Source: Hyaloraphidium curvatum SAG 235-1 (lineage: Eukaryota; Fungi; Monoblepharomycota). From it: a stretch of DNA of 64,000 nt. The stretch covers positions 682,001 to 746,000 of the forward strand of contig JAIVFI010000014.1 in NCBI GenBank assembly GCA_025558095.1, in the 5' to 3' direction. Of this stretch, positions 10,642-24,414 are shown one piece after another. A model generated the notes under the pieces. It was not told the origin of the DNA. It worked only from the letters and a program-made list of their open reading frames with translations, and did no database searches. A program made the translations under genes and the position numbers. Position 1 is the first letter of the stretch. Each line of letters begins with the position of its first letter.

Positions 10642-13600
10642 TCAAGCGCCGCCCCTCCGTCCCCTTCCCCTAGGGCTCGCGCGGGCGCTGCTCGGCGTCG
10701 TCCCACCCCTTCCACGCGCAGGAGACCCTGCTAGCTGCATCCCCTGCGGTGACTGGCCGGACGGCGCGCCCTGCGGCGCCGCGGGCGTGGGAGTCGCCTG
10801 CGCGATCGCCTGGGAGAAGGTGCCGCGAGGCGTCGCGGCGCCCCGGCGAGCCATACCGGGAGTGCCGCCCCTCGCAACCGGGCGGGCTGGGAGAGAGGGA
10901 GGTGCCTCAAGGGCAGGAGGGGCCGACGGCGCAGGCGTCGTAGCCGGCGGCGTGTCGCGGGCGAGCCTCCGCTTCTGAGGTTGCGCTTTGGAAACGCGGC
11001 CCAATGAGAATGAATCGTGCCTATCCTGGTCGCTTCAACCAACCTGCAGGAGTTGCCGAGCCTTCCGGGGTCCCTTCCGCCTTCCGCTTGGCTCCGGCTC
11101 CGGTGGGGTTCCACTGGATCGGCTGGATCTTCTTCTGCTTCTCTTCCGCCGGCGTGGTCTCGGGGGCTTCCGATTTCGCCCGACCAGGCGTCTGGGGCGG
11201 CGCAGATTGCACCACGTCCCGGTTTCGCAGGCGCAGCACGTCCGGTTCATCCGAGGGAGCTGGCGTCTTGGCCCGTTCGGATGCTGCCTCTTTCGGCGCC
11301 TCCTCCGCGGGCTGCTCGGCCGGCGTCTGCACAATGGACCGCGAGCGCAACTGCAGCACGTCTTGCTCCGGAGTCCCGACGGCAGCCTCGGCAGAAACGG
11401 GCGCTTCGCCTTCCTCGTACTCGCCCTCCTCGACCTCGGCCTGCGCATCGGGCTCAGCGACTGCCTTTGTCTCGGCCTCCGTTGCTTCGAGCTCCTTCGT
11501 CGCGGAATCGGAAGTCTCGGGCTCCTTGACCGGCGATTCCAAGGAAGCAGGTTCCTTGGCAGCGTCTTCGGAGGCAGGCTCTTCGGCCTGCGGAGGCGCT
11601 TCCTCTGTCTTCGCAGGCTCGGGAGCGCTCGATTGGACGACGTCCCGACTTCGCAGAGAGAGCACGTCGGGCTCCTCGGCCACGGGTTCCGCCTGCTCGG
11701 CCGTCTGCTCGAGTCCCGGTTCGTGGTGCTCGTCCTCTTCCTCCTCGCCGAAATCGTGCGTCCTTCGGAGAGTTGATAAGAAACTGTCCCAACGAAATAG
11801 CGGGTGCGGAAACTCACTCGTCAAAGGCACCCTCCTCGCCGTCCTCCCCGTCATGCATCTCTTCCTCGAGCTCCCCAACTCCCTCTTCTGCTCCCTCTTC
11901 GCCTTCGCCATCTTCGTGATACTCCTCGCCTCCGTCTTGCTCCTCACCCTCGCCCTCGAAGTACTCCTCGCCACCCTCGTCCATTCCCGTCTCTTCCGCA
12001 GCCTGCTCCGGGGCTTCGCCCATGTCCACGTCCTTCGGCACGGGCGAAAGGGCGCGCGAGACCGACTCCTCCATCGGCTGTTCCGGCGTAGCAAGCTGGG
12101 GTTCGGGAGCTTTCTCGGCAGGCGCCGCGGGTTCCATAGCCGCGGGAACCGCACCCGGAGTTGCCACGGCGGCCGGGGCTGGCTCCTCCCGGGCCAATGC
12201 AGCGGATTCGGAGGCGTTGGAGTCGACGGCCGCCTTGGGAGCTGATTCCGTCGCAGGTTTCTGCTGATCCGCCTCGGGTGCCGAAGGAGCTTCCTCTGTC
12301 ACCTCCAGGGCAGGCGGTTCCGCCGCGCTCGGCCGGCGCGAGGGCACAAACTCGTCGGCATCGGCGCGAAGCTTCTTGAGCGGCGGCGCTTTGGTGGAAG
12401 GCGACGACTCGGTCGCGCCGGACGTGCCCGCTTCGGCCGGGGCCGGTGCAGCGGAAACTGGCGACACCTCGTCCCGTGTGCGCTTGATCCCGGCAGAGGC
12501 ATCGGCCGCCTGTTGAGCCGGGCTGACGGGGGAGGTTGCCGCCGGCTGGCGGTGAGTCCGTTCCAGCTCTTCGACGCGAGCCAGCAGTTTGTCCTTCTGC
12601 TGCGTCACGAGTTGATACCGGAGGTCGTTCTCCGCGCGGACCTGCTGCTCCTTGGCCGCGATCTGCTTGGCCAGAGATTCTTTCTCGGCCTGGAGCTGCT
12701 GCGACAGCTTAGTTTGCTGGACCTTGAGCTGCTCGTTCTCGCCCTCGACCGCCGCCTAGATGGGACTCAGAAACTGCCACTGCCGAATGCGGCCCAACAC
12801 GTACCAGTTTCTCCTTCAACTGCGCACCGCTTGTCTTGAACTGCTGGATCTGAGTCTGGTTGTTGAGGTTTTCCTGCTTTGCAGCCTCAAGGCTCTGGAG
12901 CAGCTTTGCCTTCTCAGCAGCCTTATCACGAGATGTCAGTGTCGCACATATTGCTGGAAGTAGAGGGAACCCACGTCGCTCTGCTGCTTCGGACCCTGGG
13001 CCTCCAGCTCCTGAACTCTCTGCTTCAATGTCGCGACCTGCTGGTCAAGCTGGGAACTGCGGCTCTCTGCGTTGGCGATCCGCTCATCCGCCTTCGCCTT
13101 AGCCTCCCTGGTCTTAAACACCTGCGCGAAATATGTGAGATCCGACATGCTCCAATCACACGACAGCTTACTCACGATCTCGTTGCTCCGCTGAGTGACG
13201 TTCTTGACCTTCGCCTCCAGCTCCTCAACCTTCTTCGACTTCTCGGCGAGCTCCGCGGTGAGCTGCTCCAACTGCATCTTCATCTCGTTCTCCCGTGTCT
13301 GGACCTGCTCGCGCGCCGCCGACAAGCCCTTGACCTCTTCCTGAAGCCTCTGGTACTCCACAGGGTCGATGCGCTAGGATGAGGAGCGTCAAGTCCGACA
13401 CGAAGACGAGCCAAAGGGCGGCGAAAGACCAACCTCGTACTTGGTCAAGAGACTGTTGTTCCGCTTCTTCCAGACGTCGACTTCGTTGAGCAGCTTCTCG
13501 ATCATCTCCTTGTTGGCGTCGCGCTCGGCCTGGAGCTCCCGCGACTGGCCGCGGAGGGGTTCCAGCTCCTTCTCCAGATCACGGAGCTTCCCCTCGGCTT

Positions 13601-16600
13601 CGGCAAGGTTCGCGGTCAGCTTCTCGACGTGAGCACGGAGCGTGTTGTTGCTCTCTTGGTAGAGGTTGCGCTCGTTGACCTTGGTCATGAGATCGGCGAT
13701 TTCCTGGGCACTGTGGCCAGGAGCAACGTTGCTCGCCCTCTCCTGTATGGATGGTAAGCAACAATCCTCAAGCAAGGGTTCCGGCGCCCCACCTCCTCGA
13801 GCATCTGCCGCAAGGCGCTGCGTTCCTGTTCGAGGGTTTCCGCTTGAACCTTCCAGCGGTTCGCTTCGGCGTCCTTGAGCTGAGCACTGGCCCGTTGCCT
13901 CTCCGTCTCCGACTTCAGGTGGCGGACCAGCTCCCGCAGTTCTGCCAACTCGGTCGAAGCCGCACTTCCTTCGGAGCCGCCTTCCGCGACGGCGCGAGCC
14001 TGGTAGCGCGCGACCTGCGCGGAGATGGTTTCGAACTGGGACATGAGCAGGTTGTTCTGCTGCTCCAGATCCGCGCACCGCGCCTCGACCTCCTGCAGGC
14101 TGCGATCCAAAGCCCGCTTCTGGTTGTTCCACGAGTCCTCCGCGGCGGCGAGCTTGGACTCGGCGGAGTTGGCCCTCAGCGAGAACGAATCGAGGGAAGC
14201 CTTGGCGTCCGCGAGCTCCTTCTTGATGGTGGACAGCTCAGCGATCGCTTGGGCATGATTGGTAACCTCGCGGTCGTAGTTAGCCTTGGTCGTCTCGAGC
14301 AGCGCAGCCTGGCGCTTGATGTCCGTTTCGTACGAAGCGCGCACCGACTCGACGCTCTGCTCGTAGCCAGCGAGCTGGGTGACCCGGTCGTTCAAAGCCT
14401 TCTTCTCCTCTTCCCAAGCCTTGGTGTCGGCCTCGGTCTTGGTCCGCAGCTCGGAAAGCATCGCAAGGGTTGCCTGCCGGGACTCGGCAGCCTGCTCGGC
14501 CTCCTTCGAGAGAGAAGCAACACGCTCCTGAGCCTCCGCGATCTTGGCCTCCATGTCCGTCCGGTAAGCCTCGTAGGAGCTGGTGAGGTCGGCGAGGGCC
14601 CGCTCGTTGGCCGCGCTGATCTCCTGGAACTCCTTCACGTGGTTGGTCTGCGACTTGAGCTCTTCGACCTTGGCGGCGAGCTGCGCCTTGACCTCATCGA
14701 GTTCCAGTTCCAACTCCTTGCGGCGGCGCGTCTGCTCGTCCGTCACATCGGAACGGGCATCCAGGGCCGCGCGGCGGGCCTCCTGCTCCTGGACCTTCTG
14801 GCGAAGCTGGTTCGCGGCCGCTTCGACCTCGGCAAGCTTCTGCTCGGCCTTGGCGACGTTGCTTTCGGCTGCGGCGAGCTTCTTCTTCAGGTCGTCACCC
14901 TCCTCGCGCTGCAGCACGGCGTCGTTTAGGGCGAACAGATCAAGAGCGGCCAAGTCCGAGACTCACGCTCTTGTCGAGCTTGATGTTGAGCTCGCGGGCC
15001 TCGCGATCCTTGGTGCCGACCATGAGCTTGAACTCGTCGACGCTCGCCGCCAGCTGCTTGCGGGCCTCGGCAAGCTCCTTCTCGAGATCGATGACGCGCC
15101 GCTCGGCTTGGCGCCGCAGCTCGCCCTCGGAGCGCTGCATCTCCGCCGACATGGCCTGGATCTGCTTCATGACCTCGGCGAGCTTGTTGCGCTCCACGCT
15201 GAGCGAGTTGGACTCCTGCATCAAGCGAGCTTCGGCAGCCTGAAGCCAACATGGGTCAGGCGTCGCGGACAGAACGCACGGGGCCTAGTCAACCCACCTT
15301 CGCCACCTCTTTCTCGCTCCGCAGCATCGCCACCTCGGCACGCAGGCGGTCCACGTTCTTCTTGGCGTCGAGGAGGTCCGCAGAGAGCTCCTGCACCTTT
15401 GCCTCCTGGGCCTGCGACGTGGCCACGGTCTGCGCAATGCGGGTCCGGAGCGAGACGACGTCCGACTGCTGAGTCTCGTACGACTTCTGGAGGAGGGAGA
15501 AGCGCTCTGCCAGTAATCCATTAGCCTCGGAAGAAGGCAACTAGACAATCGCCAACAAACCCTGAATGAAGTTGAGCTCGGCCTCCTTCTTCTTGGACTC
15601 AGAAACAAGCGAAAAGTTCTCGTTCCTCAGCGAGTCGATCTGCTGCTTCAAGATGCCCATGTCCTTGGAAGATTCCTCGCGTACGGCATCTAGCAGCTCC
15701 TGGATCTCGGCGAGCGACCGCTGCTCCTCCGAAGACCTCGCCGGCCCGGCGGGGGGCGCGGCGATCGCGGGCATGGTGGGGCTCGGCGGCGCCCGCGTCT
15801 GGGCGGCCGAACCCGTCCTGTTGTGCGCGAGCTGCTTGAGCATGTCCCGCTCGGTCTCGAGGGCGCGGTTCCTCTGCTCGTAGGCGGCGAGCTTGGCGTC
15901 CGCCTCCTCGAGCTTCCGCGCAGCGTTCTCGAGCGCCGAGCGCACCGTGTCGCTCACGCGCTCGTCGCGATCGCGTTCCTCGGCCTCGGCCTTGGCGGTC
16001 AGCTCGCGCACGGCGCGAAGGAGCTGCTGGTTGCGGGCCTGCAGGTCTCGCACGTTCCGGAAGCCGACGAGGTTGGAAGAGATGAGCTGGTCCGCAGTGC
16101 CCCCCTCGTCTGCCATCTCCGGAACGATGCCCTCAAAGTCCGCCGGGGAGCCGATGGCGCCGGTGGGCACCGACGGGTTGAGCGATTCGACCTCGCGAAG
16201 GAGGACCTGAATCTGCCGCTGAAGATCCCTGATTTCTGTAGGACATGGGCAGCATAAGTCAGTGTTCCTCAAGCGGCAAAAGGCGGAGACCACGAACCCT
16301 GCTGGTCAGCCTTGGCCGCGGCCTCGAGCCTCTCTGTCCGCTTGGCCATCTCGATCCGCTCGAGCTCGACCTGGTCCAGCCGGCGCGACCGCGAATCGAG
16401 CTCCTTCTGCAGCCTCGAGACGTCGGCAAGCGCCCGGTCGAGGTCCTCGCCCTGCTTCTGGTAGAACGACGCGCGCATCTCGACCTCGTCGAGGATGTGC
16501 TGGAGGTGGGCCTGCAGCCTGTTGTTGTCGAGCCGGATGGAGCCGACCTGTGACTGGAGCGCCACGTACTCCAAGTACTGGAAGGGCAGACGGCACGTCA

Positions 16601-19451
16601 GCGCCAGTCACAACAAGACAACGAAGGCAACCCACGATCTCGGTGAACGACTTGCCTCCCCTGCGCATGCTCTCGGCAATCTCCGCCGTCCGGCTCAGCG
16701 CGCCCAGCTCGCTTCTCTTGCCCCTGGTGCCGACCACCTCGCGCGAGACCTCGTCCCCCACGAGCCTGTCGACCTCGGCGAGCCGCGTGCGGAGCTCGGC
16801 CGACTCCTTCTCCTTCTCCTCCAGGCGACCCTGCAGCGCCTTGGTGCCTTCGGCGGCTTCGCGCGCTCTCCGCTCGGCGGCCTCGAGCGCGGCCTCCCGC
16901 TCGGCCTGCAGCCGCGCCGCCTCCGCCCCCGCCTCCTCGAACGCGCGCTGCAGCTCCGCCGCCCTCTCCTCGTTCAGCTTCGAAACCCTGCGCATGGCCT
17001 CCATCTCCCTTGCGAACGCGCCCTCCTGCACCGCCAAGCGCCCCTCTGCGTCGCGAAGCTGCCCCGCCAGCCTCTCGCACCTCGACCTGGCGTCCTCCGC
17101 CTCCCCGCGCGCCCTCGACGCCCGCGCTTCGGCGTCCTCCGCGGCGGCCTTGGCGCCCTCCACCTCCCCGCGCAGCCGCGCCGTCTCCTCGGCCCGCGCG
17201 CGGCGCCACTCTGCCCACCCTTCCCTCTCGCGGTCGTGCTCTCCCCTCAACCACTCGGCCGTGCCCTTAACCTCCTTGGCCTCGGCCGCCGCAGCCTCGG
17301 CGCGCCACCTCGCCGCTTCCTCGCCGGCCTTGGCCTCCGCGAGCGCGGTCTCGGCGTCAAGCAGCCTGGTGCGGAGCTCCCTCGCGGCCCCCGACGCCGC
17401 GTCGGCCTCGCCGCGCATCGACTCGGCCTCGCGCGCGCGGCGGTCCAGCGCGGATGCGAGCTCGCGGTTCTCGCTCTCGAGCACGGCGATGCGCTGCCGC
17501 AGGGGCGCCAGGGTGCCCTCGGCGGCGTCCGTGCCGGCGGCGGCGCGGGAGAGGTCGGCGCGGAGGCGGTTCATGTTCTCCTCTGCGGGCGATCGTATTG
17601 TCCGTCAGCCGATCCGAACTCTACCGACGGCCCGCAAAGCTGCACCCACCACGCTCAGCGGCGTTCCTCTCCGCCTCTTTCTTGGCCTCCTCCGCCTTGG
17701 CCAACCTCCCCTCCAATTCCCTCGCCCTCTCCTCCGCCGCATGCGCCCTGTGGCCCTCCTCCACCTCCCTGGCCTCCCTCGCCGCCCTGCGCCCTTCCTC
17801 GCCCATGGACACCCACCGGTCCAGGGCGGCCCAGAGCTCCGAAAAGCCGGCGTCGGGGTTGGCGGAGACGGCGGCAAAAAGGGAGCGTGCCAGGGCGGGG
17901 GGCAGGTCGAGGAGGGTGGAGAGGCGGAGCAGGGGGTGGTCCGCGGGAGGGTCGGTGGGCTGGGGGGGATGGATGTCGACGGGGGGTTGGGGGGCCACAG
18001 CGAGGGAGGCGGCCGGTCTCGGGGCCGGGATGGCAGGGGCTGGCGCTGCCGGTGCCGGTGCCGCGGCGCGGGGTGCCGGTGCAGGCGATGCGGGTGCGGG
18101 CGCGGGCGCAGGCGACGCGGGCGCCGGCGCGGCCGACCTCGTTCCCGCGGGCTTGCCCTTGCCCTTCCTCCCCTTTCCGGCCTTCTTCCACCACCCCCAG
18201 ATCACCTCCCCCGCCTCCTCCGGCGTCTTGGCCGCCCTCCCCCCGCTCACGGCCTTGGTCGTCAGTATCGTCGCGCCCTGCGTGCGCACCACGCCGATCT
18301 GCGGCGGGGGGCTCGCGGCCCTGGGCGGCGTCGGGAGCTGCGGCGGGGAAACGGCGCCGGTGAGCCCGAAGCCGACGGTGGCGGCGCGGGGGACGATGGA
18401 TGAGGGGGATGCGAAGGCGCCGAAGGTGAACTTGGGCAGGGAGCGCGAAGGCTGTGGCGGAGGGGGTTGGGTGGGTTGGTATATGGGCGCGGGCTGTTCG
18501 GTAGGCGTCTGCACGACGGCGCGCGAACGCAGCTGCAGCACGTCTTGCTCCGGCTCGGCCTGCGCTGCACTTGCGGGCTCCTCCGGCGCCGGGGCGGGCT
18601 CGGGCTCGGATGCCGGCTCGGGCTGCGGCGAGAGGCGGGGCGAGCGCCGCGGGGGCTGCGGCGAGGGCGAGCGGCCGCGCTTGGGGGTCTGCTGGCGCGC
18701 TCCCGGTTCGGTCGCGGGCGGTGGGGCGAGCTGCGCCGGTTCCGGGGTGGGCTCGCGGGCCGGTTGGGGAGAGGATGCGGGGGCGGGATCCTCCTCGGCG
18801 TGCTGCTCCTCGAAAGGCGTGCCTTCTGCACAGGGAAAGGAGAGGAATGGTCAGAGATCTGGCAAAATCCGCACCTGCACACAACGTACCCGACTCGTCC
18901 ATCGGCTGCGGCCCGTCTGTCGGCAGGTGCCCGTCGGAAAACTGCATCGCGTCGGACGAGTCCTGCAGCACGATGGGCCCCTCAAAGTCGAACTCGCCCT
19001 CGGCCACGTCGTCGTCCACCTCGTCGCCAAAGTCGACCAGCGCCTCCTCCTCGGCCGAGCCCTGCGCCGAGCGCGACAGCTGCGACGAGCCCTGCGGCGC
19101 GCCCTCCTCGTCCGAGTCGTCGATCACCACCGTCTCGACCACGCGCTCGCCGCCCTCCTCCTCGTCCTCCTCGTCCTCGTACTCGTCCTCCTCCACGCCG
19201 CCCGACGACAGCAGCTCCTGCGCGGGCCTGAACCCTCCGTATCCCTGCGCGAACGGGTCGCCCTCCTCTTCTTCCCCCTCGCCCTCCTCGTCGTCGTAGT
19301 ACCCCTCCTCGCCCTCCTCCTCCCCGCCGTCGTCCAGGCCGTCCTCGCTGTCGCGCTCGTCCAGCGCGTCGGGGTCGAAGTCCTCTGCGGCGTCGGCGTC
19401 GAGCTCGTCCTCCTCGTCGGGCGCGCCCGCGGGCGGGTCCCTCTCCGACAT
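10642..19451 (-). CDS. MLP1: Nuclear basket protein Mlp1/TPR (long coiled coil, acidic/disordered termini), multi-exon
   Basis: Several kb of heptad coiled coil with TPR/Mlp-typical segments (LISSNLVGFRNVRDLQARNQQLLRAVRELT; NYDREVTNHA; QNNLLMSQFE; ESNNTLR; WKKRNNSLLTKY). Start and end are approximate. Confidence 0.82.
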
Positions 19452-19614
19452 CTCCGCCGGCTCCGCCCCGACCTGCGTGGACGTGGGCTTAAAGGCAACA
19501 GTTAGAACGAGCGGGGGACGCGTGCGCCGCGGCGTACCGGCGCGGGGGCGAACGTCGAATGAACGCGTTTCCTGGAATGCCCAATCCCTAGCCTTCCTCT
19601 CTGGCACTCCTCCG

Positions 19615-20193
19615 ATGGGCTTCTGCTGCTCCAAACCCGCGCCGCCGCCGCCGGCAGACGACCGGCCCGATGAGGTGGCCCGCCTCCTGCACGCAGGGCG
19701 CCCCGTCTGACCCCCTCCGGGCGCAGCCCACCGAGACCACGCGCCTCCTCCCGCCGGCGCCGCAGCCCCCCGCCGCGCCGCCGCTGACCCCGCAGGAGCG
19801 GCTGGCGTTGGAGCGGCGGGACGAGTGGAACAGGATCGTGGCGAGGACGTCCGAGTGGGTTTTTTTCGGGGCGTGGGAGGTGTTCTTGCCGGCTGACGAG
19901 CGGACAGGGCGTTCCTGGACATTTCGGCCGCGCGGTCGGCGGGCAGGCCGCCCGCTGGTGTGCCGGTGCAGGAGAGGGAGGCAAGGGAGGCGCGATACAG
20001 GTCCGTCACCCCCTTGTTTCCGCGTCTCGAGCGGCACGCGTTGACCTCCTCCCAACACCATAGGACAAAGCTCCTCTCGACCACGCCTCCGGACCTCTCC
20101 ATGCTCGACTCGGACGATGGCCGGAGCGTCGTTCGCCCGGCACCGCTGTGGGAGGTGGAGGAGGTGCCCGGAGGCGTGCTCCAACCACTCTGA
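19615..20193 (+). CDS. Ragulator/EGO anchor LAMTOR1/Meh1-like protein
   Basis: MGFCCSK myristoylation/palmitoylation start, ETTRLL dileucine motif, WNRIVARTSE|AFLDIS segment; about three short introns. Confidence 0.65.
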
Positions 20194-20802
20194 GGGGCGA
20201 ATCGCGGCCTGGGGCTGTTGGAGGAGCGCTTGGCGGGACTGCGAGTGGAGTGGCGCGGCACGGGACCGCGGGATGGGGGAGAGGAGTATGGGAACTATCG
20301 CGCTTGGATGTGCCCGCGGGTCGGGCCGGTTGGAGAAGGGAATCGAGATGGCGTTTCCCCGATTCGATTCGTGGCGGGGTCGCTCGCTTCCATGGCGCGA
20401 TCTGGAGTCCGTTCGGCCTGCGGTGTTGCCGCCTGCTTTCCAGTGCCCTACGGCCGCTCCGGGAAATGAGCGGATGCCCTCGGATGCGGTCCCGGGGAAC
20501 GGGACGAGCGAGTGAGCGGGCTTCCCGGGGTTTGGCGCGGGGCCGCGCCACGAGCCCGAACACGAGGCGCATCGGATCGATGCCCCGCGAACCGACGGCC
20601 ATCCGTCGAATGCTGCTTTTGCCGCACCTCTGCCCGCGATCGGATGGGCGATCCGCGTCCAGGGAGCATCTGCGGCCTTGCGCGCGTTTGGGCGTGCGGT
20701 CGAGACCCTGCCTTGCGGCGCTGTCTCCCGCACCGAACTCGCTCGAAAACCCCCGCCCAAGGCGCCCTCCCCACCGACCGCCGCTCCGCAACCGGCGCCG
20801 AA

Positions 20803-23152
20803 ATGGCAGTCGACCTCGTCCTCGTATTGGGCGTGGGGGCCGTGGTGTTCCTGGCCTACGTCGTCTACCTCGCCGTGCGCTACCCGAACCGCCCTCCGGG
20901 GACGCCCGACATGCCGGTGCCCGTGCCGGACGGCGGCTTGCCCATCATCGGACACGCCCTGCACCTCCCGAAAATGACCCCCGTCATCCACGACTGGGTG
21001 TGGGTGCCGCCGCCCCTCTCCCCCGGATCGCCGCTGACACTGCTTGCCGCCCCCGCCCTCCCCCCCTCGGACCGCCACCACTCACCCCTCCAACCCCGCA
21101 GCTTCGAAATGGCTCACAAGTATGGCGACGTCGTCCGCTTCGGCGCCTACATCCCGGGCATCGTGTACGCCGACCGCGTCCTCACCTTCAACGTCAAGGA
21201 CGTCGAGGCCATCCTCCGCGACCCGTACCTGTTCCCCAAGGGCCCACAGCTGTTCGAGGAGGCCACGGATTTCTTCGGGCACGGGATATTCGTGTCGGAC
21301 GGGGACCTGTGGAAGGTGCAGCGCAAGGTCACCTCGAACGTGTTCAACGTGGGTTCGCTGCTCTTCCGCGGAGAGCCCAGTCGCTCACGATCGGACGCAG
21401 GTCAAGTCGTTCCGCGACATATACAACCCCATCTTCAACGCCGATGCGCAGCGGCTGCGGGACCACCTCGGCTACGTCGCCGAGCGGTGCAAGACCGACC
21501 CGACCGCGCACCTCGACATCCAGGACATGCTGCTCCGGTCGACCATGGACAGCTTCGTCAGGCTGGCGCTGGGTGCCGACATCGGGAACCTGGCGGGCAA
21601 GGGCACCTTTGGCCCCGACGGCAAATACGTGGGCACTCCGCCCGGCCGCGCGCAGACGGCCCGCTGATCGCCTCCGTCCAAAGAAACTCCACGACATCCC
21701 CTTTGCCACCGCCTTCGACTCGCTCAACCTCGCCGTGGCGAAGCGTACCGCCAACCCGCTGTGGAAGATCACGGAGCTGCTCGACGGCACCAACGCGCGG
21801 GTCACGGCGTACCAGAAGCTCATGGACGACTTCGCATTGAAGATCATCAACCAGAAGCGCGACAAGAGGCGCAAGGGCGGCGCGGGGGAGCCGTCGGGGC
21901 CGTCGGGTGGGGAGAGCAAGGATCTGATTGACCGTGGGTCGCGCCGTGCACCTGGGATGTGTGGTGCTGATCGCCAGCCGCGAAGTGTTCCTGGACCTCA
22001 AGAACGACGACGGGAGCGAGGTCAGCGACCGGCAGCTGCAAGACATGGTGCGCAACATGATCATCGGTGGGCTGCCATCTTGTTTCAGCGCTGGTTCCAG
22101 ATGCTGAGCTTTCGGTGATTGCAGCCGGAAGGGACACAACCGCCCAGACCACATCGGTGAGCACAAATCTCGGAACCATTCGCATTATATGTTGCTGACG
22201 TTCGCGTCGAAGTGGGTCGTGTACAGGATGGCCCGTTGGTTCAGCCTTCCGCCTCGGCTGCCTGCTATCCTCGCTCACCCGCCGGCCGAACGTAGAGCAT
22301 CCCGACGTCGCCGCCAAGATGCGCGAGGAGATGGATCGAGTGCTTGGCCCCGACAAGGACGCGCTTCCCGACTACGCGCAGATGCAGCAGCTCAAGTACA
22401 GTGGGTTGCTTTCTCACCCGGTCGGGATGAGATGGGGCTGATGCGGCGTCGAAGCCATGGCCGTGTTCCTCGAGACGCTCAGGCTGCACAGCAACGTGCC
22501 GCTCAACCAGAAGTGGGATTTGCCCGCCGCGCTGCCTTCATCGGGTTCGTGCTCACGCTGTTCCATCGACAGAGAGATCGCCGAGGACACCGTCTTGCCC
22601 GGCACCGGCACCAAGGTTTACAAGGGCCAGCGGATCATGTGGGCGACGTACACCATGGGACGGTGGGATTTGCGCAATGGAGAGCCCGCTGCGGGCGCTC
22701 ACCATCGATGTCAATGGAATCACACAGGCTGGACAGGATCTGGGGCAAGGACGCGCTCGAGTTCAAGCCCGAGCGTTGGATTGACGAGAAGGGCTCGGTG
22801 AGGAAGGAGGACGCGTACAAGTACCCGATGTTCCACGCCGGACCGCGCATCTGTTGGTCCACTGGCTTCGAATCGGGAAACGGAAGTGCTGATCTCCGTG
22901 CGCGCAGGCCTCGGGATGGACATGGCCAAGCAGGAAGCCATGGTCCTCATGTCGGCCCTGTTCCGCAAGTACCGCCTCGAGCCGTACAACGAGGAGGACC
23001 CCGCCAAGTGGGGGGACTTTGCGACCAAGAGGGCGCGGTACGACAACCGTGGGTTCGTCCGGCGCGTCCGCGGGAGGGGCCTGACGTCTGTGGCAGAGAT
23101 CACGCTGGCGCTCAGGAAGTCGCTGGACGTCAGGGTTTATCCCGTTGCATGA
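20803..23152 (+). CDS. Cytochrome P450 (fatty-acid hydroxylase CYP86/704/52-like), multi-exon
   Basis: TM anchor plus Pro-rich hinge, [29 protein letters not shown] (ExxR), [14 protein letters not shown] heme motif. Confidence 0.95.
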
Positions 23153-23317
23153 GGAGACGATCTTTGTTTTTGGACAGGTCTCGTGGACTTTGCGCGTGTG
23201 GTGGGACATAAATCTTTGTGCCCGTGTTTGAGTACACACCGTTGACCCCTTTGAACATTGACCGAAAGGATGAAGGAGTCCAAAGCCAACGCAAGCACCT
23301 GTCCACCCCGAAAGCCA

Positions 23318-24050
23318 TCATCGGCAGCACCTCCTCGTCGTCGAGCACCAGTTCCAGAAGCACCACGACGGCCTGCTCACGATGCAGTTCTGCCAGGTGC
23401 ACGTGCATTCGCAGAACTGGTTCTGCGACGGGCAAAAGAACCAGGTCGTCGCGCTGACGGCGTTGTAGTACAAGTTGGCCGTGTTCCGGCACCTGTTCCG
23501 TTCGTTCGCGGGAACCGTGCGGGAGTTGCACACGTTCAACATGTTCGAGTAGAAGCTCCAGTCGCATGAACCCTGGCTGGCACCGCATGTCTCTGTGGTC
23601 GGGCGATTGATTAACCCATGCCCCTGCAGCACAACCACGATGAGAGCGCTCACGGTAGCAAACATCGTGCTGGTTGCAAACGTTCTTGAAATAGTAATCG
23701 GGGGAGAAGCTGCACCCGTTGGTGGTGATCCGCCTCGACGACTGACGACGGCCCCCGCCGCCGCAGCTCCCACAGCTCTCGGCAGCGGCGTTAGCCGCCA
23801 GTGCTGCGGGAACTGCTGCATTGGCCGCCAGTGAAGACCCGTTCCCTGCCTGCGATGGGCCGAAGGGAATGTTGCGGGCCTTGTAGTACGCCAGGGTGTA
23901 GTCGTAAAGCTCCTTCGGAGTCTTCAGGTTGGCCGGGAAGTCGATTGGCGGAAGGGTGGGCATCTTCCAGCCCGCCGGAACGGCAGGGGCCGAAAGGACT
24001 CCACTGGGGAGCAGGGCAATGACGAGGCAGGCCGCGAGGAGGGCGCGCAT
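23318..24050 (-). CDS. Secreted Cys-rich phospholipase A2-like protein (copy A)
   Basis: Signal peptide MRALLAACLVIALL; NGCS...CNQHDVCY..C....CD..FY sPLA2 catalytic His-Asp motif; one intron. Confidence 0.8.
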
Positions 24051-24414
24051 GGTTGTTCCGTTGCGGAAGGACGTTCGGTGTCTTCGGTGGCCGAGCGAAA
24101 GATGATGGCCCTCGACGGCCACGACCGCTCTGATATATATGCGACCATGGCGACTGCGCCGCGTCAGCCTGTGGGGAGGTGCAGTCGGGAGTCGCAGCGC
24201 CCCGAACGCGTGGTAGCGGAGTCGGGAAGTGGCGCAGCTGCACCACAGCGCCCAAGCCCCGAACCCCCGACTGTCGGGCATTGTTATGGAGCGCCAAGAC
24301 AAACTCTACTGAAACTAGCCCGTCGAATGATTGACGTCCCAATGCAGGAGATCCAGGAAGCGGCCTCCTCCTACCCACCGCCGCGCGCAGTCTGTGACCC
24401 GCCCCCCGAAGCCG

